A DNA stretch of 64,000 nucleotides from Bacteroidia bacterium (GTDB lineage Bacteria > Bacteroidota > Bacteroidia > J057 > JADKCL01). Location: assembly GCA_046329055.1 (NCBI GenBank), contig JAXLVK010000013.1, positions 17,959 to 81,958 on the forward strand, in the 5' to 3' direction. Shown here one piece after another: positions 10,225 to 19,981 of this stretch; within the stretch, counting starts at the first letter, position 1, and every line of letters starts with the position of its first letter. Under the pieces are notes generated by a model that was given only the letters and a program-made list of their open reading frames with translations, had not been told where the DNA came from and made no database searches. The position numbers and the translations under genes are program-made.

Positions 10225-11262
10225 CTAGCTTTTTCCTGCTTCTATTTCGGCAATCTTGTTCTCCGCCTTTCGCATGAAGTCATCCAGCGCCTCTGTGAAG
10301 TGCACAGAATTCTCCGGAATCTTGCCTACGCCGTATTTCTTTACCAACTGGTCCCGAAGTGCGGTCATGCCATGCTTGTTGTTCACATCGATGTATTGCA
10401 ATGGGCCAAGTAGCTGGCCTGAACCCACCCTGTCAAATGGAGGAATACAAATAGGGATCATGATCTTATCCAATACCCAAGCAGCACCCATTTCGGCGAT
10501 GCAGTACTGACTCTGCTTGAAATTCTCACTGATGAGCAGAATCACAAGGCCTGCATCCTTGATGGCCTGCTTGATGCGGTCACGGAAATTATCCCCTACG
10601 TCAATTGTTGTGGCAGGATGTGATGTATAGAACACCTGATCCATGGGTATCTCCAAACCATCTCGTAGGTAGTATTTCACGAAATGTGTGGCAAGGTCCT
10701 GATCCTTGGAAGCATGGCTGATAAAGATGCGCTTCTTGTTCGCGACCTCAACAATTTCCGGGCTTACAGGAGCCTTCCCTTTTGGAACTCGCTTGGTGAC
10801 TCCAGCTTTGGGTGAGCTATTCGATTCCTTTTCCTCCTTCAAGCTCGCTATGTACCTTGCTGTCTCGGGGCCATACTTCTTGGATCGGTGGGCACCCAGG
10901 ATGAAGCGATTGGAAACATTGTCCGCTGCTTGTTTAAGCAAATCTTCATCAAATCCGTAATAGCTTTCCATTAGCTCCGAAAGGATGATCTTGAACGGTT
11001 TCTCCTTGATCGAAGCCCATGTTTTGGCACCCACCATCTTTGCGACGACAGCATCAAACCGCTCCCGGTTTAGGAGATGGATTTCAGGGGTGTAGGCCAA
11101 AAAACTATGGCTCCTGCCATCGTGGTGCCAGGACCTTGACCCATTCAAGTACGCGACAGACAGGCGCAGGATATCTGCCATAGCTACATCAACAAGCAAC
11201 TGATTCGCCCGATTGCCACGGCGGTTGTTCAGCCGCAACAGTACAATATAGTTCTCTTCCAT
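10225..11262 (-). CDS. TIR-domain protein (unknown N-terminal domain plus C-terminal TIR)
   Basis: C-terminal half: KRIFISHASKDQDLATHFVKYYL...FYTSH...GLVILLISENFKQSQYCIAEMGAAWVL. This shows the bacterial TIR hallmarks: FISHxxxD, a LISxxFxxSxxCxxEhG glutamate motif. It starts 4 nt after the upstream Type IIG gene stop. Its GC is visibly lower than that of flanking genes. Confidence 0.75.
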   Translation of the reverse strand: MEENYIVLLRLNNRRGNRANQLLVDVAMADILRLSVAYLNGSRSWHHDGRSHSFLAYTPEIHLLNRERFDAVVAKMVGAKTWASIKEKPFKIILSELMESYYGFDEDLLKQAADNVSNRFILGAHRSKKYGPETARYIASLKEEKESNSSPKAGVTKRVPKGKAPVSPEIVEVANKKRIFISHASKDQDLATHFVKYYLRDGLEIPMDQVFYTSHPATTIDVGDNFRDRIKQAIKDAGLVILLISENFKQSQYCIAEMGAAWVLDKIMIPICIPPFDRVGSGQLLGPLQYIDVNNKHGMTALRDQLVKKYGVGKIPENSVHFTEALDDFMRKAENKIAEIEAGKS

Positions 11263-11266
11263 AGGA

Positions 11267-14200
11267 TTATTGACTTACACTCCCTTCCAATACTGCGATT
11301 TCCTCCGCAGTGAGGCCGTACAAGGCGTAAACAAGCTGATTGATTTCAGATTCCAGTTCGCTTGTTTCTGCCTGAGGTTGCTCGGACTTAATCACAATGA
11401 TCTTGTTGACGATCTTTTCAATTGCAGTTCTGTCAGTAAACAGATCGGGAAGCATAATGGGAAGTGTTTGTACGTACTGCGTGAAAAACCGCAGGTAACC
11501 CCCTCGCACGGAAGCTGAGATGCTTGCATAGTAGTTGGTAATGAGGTTGCTGTTGAGAATTCCCAGAATTACCAATGCAACGTCCTCGGGCACCGTGAAG
11601 AAGTAGGTGGTGTTTGCAGCAAAGAAACCCTCCCTGTCTAGGGAGAAATTTGTTTTGTAGGAGATATCAGGATAGAAAACCTTGACCTTCTCAAACTCCT
11701 TGTAGTAATCGCAGGCTCTCAATTCCCACCAATACTGCCCCTTGTCGCTGCGCTTCTTGGCTGCGGCCTCGTGCGGGGCGAGGTGCCTTGCAATAGCTGG
11801 GTAACGGTACTCCAGGTAGGTCCATGGCTCCAATTCATCAATCTTGTTCAGGGTGGTCCAGCCGTTGGGAATCAGGATCAGGTAATTTCCACTGTCATTG
11901 ACTCGCCAGCGCTTCACATCCCGCCCCGCCAAGAAGGGCTTGATGACCTCCGCACTGCGGGCATCCTCGGTGATGAGCCGGTCACGCCTCGCCCGATCGA
12001 TGACAAAGGCTTCATTCAGCCCTGTCTTGATGCCATAGTAGATCTTCCCACCCACATACTCGCCCAGCGGGACACCCTGCGCCTTGATCTTGGCGAGGAC
12101 GGCGGCGACATCCGCTTGCAACAGGGTCCAGCCATCTGACCCCAGCGTGTCCATGTCCACGGTGTAGGCAATGCTACTCACTAGGCTCCCCAAGTCATCA
12201 AAGTCCAGGTTCGGGATGCTTGCAGCCAACAGTTGCCCCTCACTCGCGGCATTGCGAATGCTGAGGATGCACGGATAGGTCGTTGCCTCATCGAAGACAG
12301 GGAGGTCGCCAAAGTCGATGATGCCCTGCAAATTCCACTGCCGGAGCCAGTCCCTGAGCAGCTCACCATAGCTCGCCCGCATCCACTTGTTGGGGATGAT
12401 GTAGCAAAACTCGCCCCCGCTGCGGCCCAGGCCCATCCCCAGCTCCACGAAATAGACGTAGAGGTCGGCACTGCTCACAAAGGTTTTGAAACGCTGGCCG
12501 AAATGCGCCTTGAACTCCTTGATCTCCTCCTGACGGATGTAGGGAGGGTTGGCGATCACCACATCAAACCCCACAAAATCTCCGTCCGCATTCAGCACCT
12601 CCGGAAACTCAAACCGCCACTCAAAGGCATCTCGGAAGATGGCGCTGTCCTCGATTTCCCGCTTCTCGGCGAGAGCCGACTCTAGATCCGCCTTGGCCCG
12701 GTCATGTTCTTGCTGCAACTTGGCTCCCACGGGCATGCCAAACTTGCGCAGGTTCAAAATGTCCTCCTCCTTGGTCGCAAGCAAGCCCCTGGCCTTGGCG
12801 ATGCGCTGCATCAGCGGCTTGTCGATGGTGTCGCGGAAGGCACCCTTGATGCGGTCGATCATGTCCAGGACCGTCCGCTTTTCGGTGCTGCCGCTTGCAT
12901 GGCGGTAGTCCTGCACGGCTTGGCGGTACTCCTCGATGCTGTGCCCGCTGTCCCGCAGGGCAGCGCTGAGGTCATCCTGCAAGCCAAACCGGCTGATCAG
13001 GCTGTTGCCCTGCTTGATGTTGATGTCGATGTTGGGGAGGGTCTCCAGCTCGGTGTAGCTGCTTTCCGAAGTGTAATAGGCATGCTTGAGCAACTCGATC
13101 CAGAGCCGTAGGCGGCATATCTTCACCGAGTTGGGGTTGATGTCCACTCCGAATAAGCAGCTCTCGATCAGGGTCTGCTTCTCATGAAAAAGGGCCTCCT
13201 GCAGGGCTTGGCGCTCCGTGATGGCCTGGCCGCTCTTGCCCAGGGTGTAGGCAAAGGGCTTGCCCTCCTCCACATCGAAGATGACCAGTTCGTCATTGGC
13301 TACCTGCAAGCTGTACTCCCTGACCCGCTTCCCGTCACGGTAGCACAGGATCCCCAGGTCTGCCTTGATGCAGAGCAGCTCATTCAGAGCAGACACAAGA
13401 AAATGCCCGGAGCCGACAGCCGGATCGCAGATGCGCATCCCGTTGATGAGGGCATTGTACTCCCGGCGCTTGTCCTTGTCCTCCTCGAGTTTGTCTTGCA
13501 AGCCCTCGAAGTCCTGTACCGCCCAGCCATATTGCGCGTTGAACCTGTTCACCACGGCGCGCCGGAGGGTCTCCCGGCACATGTACATGGTGATGAAGCC
13601 CGGGGTGAAGAAGCTGCCGTCACGGTATCCGTTGATCTTCTCGAAGATGAGGCCCAGCACCGAGGCATTGATGAGGGTCTTGTTCTCCTCCTGTATCTCC
13701 TCGCCTCCATCACTGCTGAAATCGTAGGCATCGAGGAAGCGCAACAGGTACTCCAGGGTATTGAGCTCCCCGCTGAGCCGCTTGCCGTTCGCCTCCTTCA
13801 GTACTGTACGGCTGTGGACAGGGAGCGTGATGTGGTTGTCGATCTCATTGATGCTGAATGCGGCTTGTTCCAATGCCGTCCGCTCAAACAAGGAGCTGTT
13901 CAGGTAGGGGACCAGCCTGTACCTGTCCCTGACACGGTCCTTGCGCTCGGAGGGTCGCCGGGCCAGCACCATGAAAAACAGGTTGTAGAGTTCGTCAAAG
14001 TCCCTTATGCTCCTATGGTTGAGGAACCTGTAGTCGGCATCCCCTCGGTGGTAGCTACGCAATTGCGCCTCCAGCAGCTTCAGGAACAGGATGCGGTTCA
14101 CCCAAGTGATGCAGAGTTCCAAACCCACCGCAAATGCCTGCTCAGTGGCGGTCTCTCCAAATGCACGGCGATTAGAAAGGTTTCCCAGCGTCCCCTCGAT

Positions 14201-15082
14201 GTCCAGCCGCTCGATGGCATTTTCCAGCAGGGAACCGTTCAGGCGCCGCCCCTCCTCCGCGCGACGGATCACCTTCTTGTTTTTGTCCTTGGCTTCTTCC
14301 AAGCCAATGATGTGCAGCAGCTCTGCATAAAAATCCTTGTTCAGGGAGTTGCTGTCAGTTGCAAAAGGCTCCTTGAGCAGGTGCGCGGGTGAGAGCAGCT
14401 TGTACAGCAGGCTCACCTTTTCGTCTCCCCTGGGGTCGGCACCCTGCAATGCCTTCCCGTAGCCGCGCAAGTCAATGTGGACGTAGGGCAGGTCCTCCTC
14501 ACTCCTCAGGAGAAATGGCTTGGCGACGTGGTCATAGAAGAACTGTGTCGTACTCCCGGACTTGCGGCCCTCCTTCCAGTCCGTGTAGTCCTTGCGGAGG
14601 CTTCCCTTGCTGAAAAATGCCCTGTCAAATGTGATGGCATCGAAGATGTACCAGTCCCAGCCATTGGTGATGACGAGGTGCCTCAAATCCTTGTTGCTGT
14701 CCTCGATGCGCTCCCTGAAGTAATAGAGCAGCAGTTCGCACATGCTCTTGGCGGTAAGGCTGCTTTCCGAAAACATCTCGGAGGCATTGTCAGGGTGCTT
14801 CATCTCCACCACTACCCCGACGGGCTCCTTGGAAGTCTTGCCGGTGTAGATGGCAAGGTCTATGTCCCCCTTGGCGTTCAGGTGATGGTTCTGCTTGTAA
14901 AATGCATCTCGGAGGAATGTGGCAAGGTTGTTCTTGTGCCCTTCTTCGGTTTCCTTTCCGCGCAAGCTGTCGATCAGCGTCCGCAGGTGTCCCTTGAAAT
15001 CCTCGATCGCCTCCCTGCTCGGCTTGAACTTGATGTATGCCTTGTTGAGTGCCTTGCGCGGAGGGATGGAAAGAGGCTTCAT
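11267..15082 (-). CDS. Type IIG restriction-modification enzyme (PD-(D/E)xK nuclease, gamma-class N6-adenine methyltransferase and TaqI_C-like specificity domain; Eco57I/MmeI-like architecture)
   Basis: N-terminal nuclease motif GDIDLAIY...VGVVVEMK. SAM motif I is ICDPAVGSGHFLVSALNEL. Catalytic motif IV is VVIANPPYIRQEE. The C-terminal target-recognition-like segment is GIKTGLNEAFVIDRARRDRL. The likely start is MKPLSIPP (M28 of ORF 11267..15163). Confidence 0.85.
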   Translation of the reverse strand: MKPLSIPPRKALNKAYIKFKPSREAIEDFKGHLRTLIDSLRGKETEEGHKNNLATFLRDAFYKQNHHLNAKGDIDLAIYTGKTSKEPVGVVVEMKHPDNASEMFSESSLTAKSMCELLLYYFRERIEDSNKDLRHLVITNGWDWYIFDAITFDRAFFSKGSLRKDYTDWKEGRKSGSTTQFFYDHVAKPFLLRSEEDLPYVHIDLRGYGKALQGADPRGDEKVSLLYKLLSPAHLLKEPFATDSNSLNKDFYAELLHIIGLEEAKDKNKKVIRRAEEGRRLNGSLLENAIERLDIEGTLGNLSNRRAFGETATEQAFAVGLELCITWVNRILFLKLLEAQLRSYHRGDADYRFLNHRSIRDFDELYNLFFMVLARRPSERKDRVRDRYRLVPYLNSSLFERTALEQAAFSINEIDNHITLPVHSRTVLKEANGKRLSGELNTLEYLLRFLDAYDFSSDGGEEIQEENKTLINASVLGLIFEKINGYRDGSFFTPGFITMYMCRETLRRAVVNRFNAQYGWAVQDFEGLQDKLEEDKDKRREYNALINGMRICDPAVGSGHFLVSALNELLCIKADLGILCYRDGKRVREYSLQVANDELVIFDVEEGKPFAYTLGKSGQAITERQALQEALFHEKQTLIESCLFGVDINPNSVKICRLRLWIELLKHAYYTSESSYTELETLPNIDINIKQGNSLISRFGLQDDLSAALRDSGHSIEEYRQAVQDYRHASGSTEKRTVLDMIDRIKGAFRDTIDKPLMQRIAKARGLLATKEEDILNLRKFGMPVGAKLQQEHDRAKADLESALAEKREIEDSAIFRDAFEWRFEFPEVLNADGDFVGFDVVIANPPYIRQEEIKEFKAHFGQRFKTFVSSADLYVYFVELGMGLGRSGGEFCYIIPNKWMRASYGELLRDWLRQWNLQGIIDFGDLPVFDEATTYPCILSIRNAASEGQLLAASIPNLDFDDLGSLVSSIAYTVDMDTLGSDGWTLLQADVAAVLAKIKAQGVPLGEYVGGKIYYGIKTGLNEAFVIDRARRDRLITEDARSAEVIKPFLAGRDVKRWRVNDSGNYLILIPNGWTTLNKIDELEPWTYLEYRYPAIARHLAPHEAAAKKRSDKGQYWWELRACDYYKEFEKVKVFYPDISYKTNFSLDREGFFAANTTYFFTVPEDVALVILGILNSNLITNYYASISASVRGGYLRFFTQYVQTLPIMLPDLFTDRTAIEKIVNKIIVIKSEQPQAETSELESEINQLVYALYGLTAEEIAVLEGSVSQ

Positions 15083-15386
15083 TTGGAGATCTACGATGAA
15101 CAGCGCGAATCTAACAAAAATCCGGTTGGTTGCCCCTGAAACCAGGAAGCCCCCACCGCTCACCGAGCAGCAGGGGCTTCCACAGTTGTTGATTCAAGAA
15201 ACAGTGCTGACCGGGCGCATCATGCAGCCGTGGGCAGCTTCAACGGATTTGTAGCAAGAGAGGTCGTTCGCCATCCAGTTTGTTTCATACCGGGGCGCCA
15301 TTCAATTGAGCGGAATGGGGCAGCGGCGGATGGCGAATCGGAAGAGCTTGCGTGTTACGCAAGTTTGTCAGATTGTCTGTGACTGC

Positions 15387-15932
15387 TTAGGCTGCGGTCT
15401 TGCCACCGTTGCCAGTGTCTTCACCAACAGTGACACCGTCCTCCTCGCTGTTCTCGGGGTACTGCTCCTCGGGGGTGACGCCAGTGTTTTTCTTGAAGTG
15501 GTCGCGGGCCTTTTCGTAGAGCCCTTCGAGCCCTGGCACGCCACTCACCCTCGCAATCTTCAAGCCCCGGTAGTAGTCGAGGCTCATCGTCATGGCGTCG
15601 TGCTTGGCCACGAAGAGGGCATTGTCAATCGACTCCACCAAGCTCATGAGCTTGATCTGCATCGCGACGAGGTTCCTCACGTTGCCGACGCGGGTGTAGT
15701 AGTCCACGACGTCATGCCATGCGGGCATCACCTTGGGGTGCGCCTGACAGATTTCGTGGATGTCACCGATGAACTGCATCTGCGGGTCACCCACCTTGAT
15801 GCAATAGGTCTTGTCCTTCTTGGTGACGTTGGGAAACTCGGGCAGGGCACCTTGCGCACTGCTGACGAGGTTGGCGATCACGTTCACGTGCGTGATGTTC
15901 ACGGGGTTGTTCAACCATGCTTTTTGTAACAT
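15387..15932 (-). CDS. Hypothetical protein (181 aa), no recognisable domain
   Basis: Clean ORF with ordinary amino-acid composition and an acidic C-terminal tail. A 7-bp hairpin (CTTGCGT-GTT-ACGCAAG, about 15347-15363) lies downstream. It sits in the lower-GC islet next to the RM/TIR operon. Confidence 0.5.
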   Translation of the reverse strand: MLQKAWLNNPVNITHVNVIANLVSSAQGALPEFPNVTKKDKTYCIKVGDPQMQFIGDIHEICQAHPKVMPAWHDVVDYYTRVGNVRNLVAMQIKLMSLVESIDNALFVAKHDAMTMSLDYYRGLKIARVSGVPGLEGLYEKARDHFKKNTGVTPEEQYPENSEEDGVTVGEDTGNGGKTAA

Positions 15933-16379
15933 AAGCTGTAAAGAAATAATTGTTTATATGCGTGCGCTTTGCCTGCACGAGCCACCACCGTGGTGACTGG
16001 AACAAAATTACGGTCGGCTTTCAAAAATTGATTCAGTTCAAAAAGCCGTTTCGAGGTCAATTGAACGAACGGGTACGCTGGAAGGACGAAGTGGCACTCT
16101 GGCTGGACGAACTGGCAGATATTTTTTTTGCGAATTCTACATTAATGGACAATTTTTCATGCCATGCGTCCTGAGAACAGCACACCTGTACAGCACAGTG
16201 GGCGCGGAAGCATCAGTTGACTCCTTGATTGCACTGCTCTACCGTGGATGCCTAGCATTTCCACCGCATTATGAACTGACTGTCAGGGCAATGCAATATA
16301 CCTATTGCAGATCACCCGCCCATATACATGCTGTGGACCTGCTAGAATTGGAGGCCGATGGAGGCTGCGACTTCACCTC

Positions 16380-16990
16380 AGGTTGCCATCGCCTCAACCC
16401 CACCATGGCCAAGTCACCCCATCATGGAGACCATTACCCCCAACTGAAGGCCACGCCACCCAATCATGAAGGCCATGGTCATCCCAGCACCAAGGCCACA
16501 GGCATCACCTCGCCAAAGCCATAGGCATCCCAGCGCCAAGGCCACAGGCATCCCTTTATGGAGGCTACGGCAACCCATCATGGAGACCATCATCATCCCC
16601 ACATGCAGGCGTGGTCACCACCATGAGGAGACAAGGTCACCCCCACATGGAGACCCATGCCATCATTACGTCGAGTTTCGGGCATCCTCACGTGGAGTCC
16701 CGGGCATCCTCACGTGGAGTTTCGGGCATCCTCACGTGGAGTCGCGGGCATCCTCACGTGGAGTCGTTGGCATCCTCACTTGGAGTCGCGGGCATCCCTA
16801 CGTGGAGACGATGGCATCCTCCCATGGAGGCGGTGGCACCCTATCGTGGAGCCGAAGGCATACCTCCATGGAGGCGGTGGCACCCTATCGTGGAGGCAAT
16901 GCTACCCCCATTTGGAGACCAAGGCATCTCTTGATGGAGGCCAGGGCATCCCCTCATGGAGCCGATGGCTACCCCCTACATTGGCTGGAA
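16380..16990. repeat. Degenerate 22-bp tandem repeat array (about 27 units)
   Basis: The unit is roughly GGCATCCTCACGTGGAGTCnCG. The best-conserved copies at about 16681, 16703 and 16725 show an exact 22-nt spacing. Older, diverged copies (...CATCATGGAGACCAT..., ...CCAAGGCCACAGGCATC...) extend from about 16380. The period is not a multiple of 3, and all three plus frames are open across it. Confidence 0.8.
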
Positions 16991-17292
16991 TCGCCATTTG
17001 TGCAGATTTGGGGTAGTAACACTACGTTTTTGGATTCAATTTTGTATCGGGAAGGTAAACTCAAACTCCATTTAGCGGCACCCCGGTTTGTGGTGTAGAT
17101 TGGGAGAGAAATCGAGGTGGCCGACCCATCAGAATCAACTCGTTTAGATCGGCAAACGATGGCCTTGCCCTGGGTCACATACCGTCCTTGAGTGAATCGC
17201 GGGATAAATGCTTACCTTTCAGATAGCCGTCTTCTTGTTGAGGGGCGGTCAGTTTTGCTGAGTATTCACCTAAATAAAAACGTCGTTCAGTT

Positions 17293-17580
17293 ATGAAACG
17301 TATCGCTATGCTATTCGCCATCCTGGCAGGGATGTGCTTGCCAGTGTCCGGATTTTCGGTCCATGCGGACCCCATCACCTCCGAGGTTTCGGAACTCCCA
17401 TGGAGCACTGTCTCAGCTGTGCTGAAAAAAGTCGTGGACATACGCCCGTACAGCTACGCCGAGCTCGTGGACTGGTACCAAGTGGGATTGGTGACGGTGG
17501 TGCAGAGTGGCAGTGGGTATCAGGTCTCCATCACGGATGCAGATGGCCTCACGGAGGTGCTTGTGATTAGCAACATTTAA
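17293..17580 (+). CDS. Small secreted hypothetical protein (95 aa)
   Basis: N-terminal signal peptide MKRIAMLFAILAGMCLPVSGFSVHA. No recognisable domain. Confidence 0.45.
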   Translation: MKRIAMLFAILAGMCLPVSGFSVHADPITSEVSELPWSTVSAVLKKVVDIRPYSYAELVDWYQVGLVTVVQSGSGYQVSITDADGLTEVLVISNI

Positions 17581-19202
17581 GAGTCCTCAGGGGACGAGGA
17601 TGCCCTGTCTCGGAAGATGTCCAGCATGGTGCATCCTCTCTCCCTGGACAGCACCCAAGCCTCCAAATCGAAATAGCCCGATAAGATAGTGCCATTCACT
17701 TGAGCGCTCAGTAGCTGCCGTAGCTCCGCGGGGAGAACCAATCGATGCCCAGCGGGCAGCGGCTCCATCAGCGTGGCGAGGTAGGCAAGGAAACGAAGTG
17801 CCTCAGAGGCCTTGGGGATTGCCTCCTCTTCCTCCTTTTGTCGCTTGTTCCGGTTGGTTACCAACCGTCTCACATCATCGTAGTCGCCCTCCTCAAATGC
17901 GTGGATGACCTCGGCAAGCCGATACATGACGTAATAGTCAGCGGTGAACTCCGCCTTGCGGTAGCCTGCCAGCAGCCTGATCACCTTGCGCCTGTGCCCC
18001 GGATCTTGCATGGCGATGGCACCTACTAGGCAGGCGTAGAGGCACTGGGTGATGAACTGACGGTCGAGCAGGGTGGATGACTGCTCCAGGAGTTGCAAGA
18101 ATCCAGCAATTGCCGCGGACGTGGCTTCAGGGTTGCCGGACTCCATCGCTATGCTGATGCTGTAAGGGTAGAGGAACCGGATGCGGTGACGCTCCACCTT
18201 GTGGTTCGAGAATCCTAGGCCCAGTATCCTCTGTGCCAGGGCATGGTAGCCCGGATGGTCGCCCGTGAGGTAGTGCGAGTTTGCAAGGTGCCCGAGTTCC
18301 TGAACCAAGGCTAGCCCCTCTATCTCGGAGATCCATGGGTAGGCCTCCAAATGTCCCACCAGTACCGCTTGCAACTCCAATGCTGCGGCGTGCTGCCGGG
18401 TATGTACCAGCACTGAGGCGCGCAGCTTGAGGTAATAGTAGATCGCGCGATGTGAATGAGCCGATTGCGGCCCGCTCAACAGCTCGTCATCGAGGAGGCG
18501 CCGCATCATCTCCTGCTTCTGACCGACATGCGCAATCCTACGCACCTCCTGATACACCCCCATGAGCTCCTCGTATTGGCGGAGGTTGTCCTCAAGGAAT
18601 CCCGCACGGGCTTGGCTCATGGTAGCAAAGGATGGCTCCGGCTCGATCTCCTTGGCCAGCCTCCACAGTCGCCCCGCAAAGTGAAATTCCTCAAAATCAG
18701 CCGCCCGCTCCATGGTCCGCTGGAACAGGTCCGTGGCTGCGTCCATGTCAGTGGCAGTGATGAGCGCGCGCAGCATGTCGTGGCTCTGCCCAAGTTGGCT
18801 GACAGTCCCGTCCCCTAACAGGAAGGTGGTCACTGCTTCCGCTATCAAGCCCATGTAGTGGAGGTACTTCCCGCGACCAATCTGGAGCTGCTCGATCACC
18901 TCCTCCTCGCTGAGGTCACCCGAGGCATGGATCACCTTGCACACTGGCACGAGGGAAATTCCTAGCCTACCCTCAGCCACCTGTGACAGGAATGCCTTGA
19001 GCCTTCCACCATGAAGGCTCCGCAAAATGCTTCTTGCTGTACTTGCTCTTAAATTCACATACGATCCTGATGAGACAAAATACTGAATACAAACAGGTTG
19101 CGATCCCAGTGTGGTGGTCGGCATCAAGTTACAAATTTGAATGGGTTTGTGCAGCATCCCATGCCCGAATAATTTGGCATTATCATCGAGGTAGAGACCC
19201 AC
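17577..19202 (-). CDS. Hypothetical all-helical (TPR-like?) protein; start uncertain
   Basis: 541-aa ORF, Leu/Ala/Glu/Arg-rich with helical-repeat character and no catalytic motif I can recognise. Several internal Met residues are possible true starts. Confidence 0.5.
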   Translation of the reverse strand: MGLYLDDNAKLFGHGMLHKPIQICNLMPTTTLGSQPVCIQYFVSSGSYVNLRASTARSILRSLHGGRLKAFLSQVAEGRLGISLVPVCKVIHASGDLSEEEVIEQLQIGRGKYLHYMGLIAEAVTTFLLGDGTVSQLGQSHDMLRALITATDMDAATDLFQRTMERAADFEEFHFAGRLWRLAKEIEPEPSFATMSQARAGFLEDNLRQYEELMGVYQEVRRIAHVGQKQEMMRRLLDDELLSGPQSAHSHRAIYYYLKLRASVLVHTRQHAAALELQAVLVGHLEAYPWISEIEGLALVQELGHLANSHYLTGDHPGYHALAQRILGLGFSNHKVERHRIRFLYPYSISIAMESGNPEATSAAIAGFLQLLEQSSTLLDRQFITQCLYACLVGAIAMQDPGHRRKVIRLLAGYRKAEFTADYYVMYRLAEVIHAFEEGDYDDVRRLVTNRNKRQKEEEEAIPKASEALRFLAYLATLMEPLPAGHRLVLPAELRQLLSAQVNGTILSGYFDLEAWVLSRERGCTMLDIFRDRASSSPEDS

Positions 19203-19981
19203 ATTGTTCTTTTTGCTGCCGATAGTTTAGTCCGGCAAGGGCTCACCTACACTTGCACGACGTTTCAGGGTGATACTCAGCAAAAACACTAGATCGTGGC
19301 AGTGGATCAAGGATGGCGAATACGGGGTATGGAATACGAAGTCACACCGGGCGGCGCGGCTTCAAGACCAAACCTAATAATCGCGCACCGGGAGAGGATA
19401 GGCAGCACTTCAAAACTCAATGGTTCCCCCGGTGCATCAGGAGATGTGAGACATAAAGTTACCCAACTATGGGAAAGAAACCAAATACGCCCCGGCACGA
19501 GCGTGACGGGATGCGCATTGATTTGTCGCGACATGCGTTGCCCATAGGGCTGAAGATTCTCCTTTGGAGCTTCCATTTCGCTCCTTCCAATGGTGCCTGT
19601 TCAGGCACCGCGTTTCTCTGTTGATTGGTGTCAGGGGGCTGCCGCTCGGCGGCCCCCGACATGATCTCCTATTGCGCTCGTACCCTGCAACCCTATGAAG
19701 AAAAAGACAATTTCACCACATGCTGACAAGGCTGAGTTTGAGGCCCTAATCGCTGCTATGGAGCAGGAGACTGCGGCCCTGCGCAGGGGCATCAGGCGGG
19801 TGTATGACATCCTCATAGAGGCGGATCTGTGTGGCAGTCAGGTCACTTCGTTGTCATTGCCACGCCCAAGAAGATCAGCCGGGACAGAGGATTCCAAAAT
19901 AATCCGCAATTTTTGACACAAGATGTCAACTGTTAATGTCATATTGCATCATTGATCGCATTCAACAATCATCATTAGGCC

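Noticed and set aside
13184-14392. Plus-strand ORF 13184..14392 (402 aa) and other plus ORFs within 11270..15254
   Set aside because: They lie antisense to the Type IIG RM gene, whose minus-strand translation carries unambiguous methyltransferase motifs.
10225-15082. Calling the TIR protein ThsB (Thoeris) or the 1271-aa methyltransferase PglX (BREX)
   Set aside because: No ThsA-type (SIR2 or Macro/SLOG) gene and no PglZ, BrxC, BrxL or BrxA/B genes occur anywhere in the window. The large protein has its own PD-(D/E)xK nuclease domain, which fits a stand-alone Type IIG enzyme.
16466-17098. Three overlapping plus-strand ORFs (210, 107 and 119 aa) rich in His/Pro/Gly/Trp/Arg repeats
   Set aside because: They lie entirely within the 22-bp tandem repeat. 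A period not divisible by 3, with all three frames open, indicates repeat-induced pseudo-ORFs and not a repeat protein.
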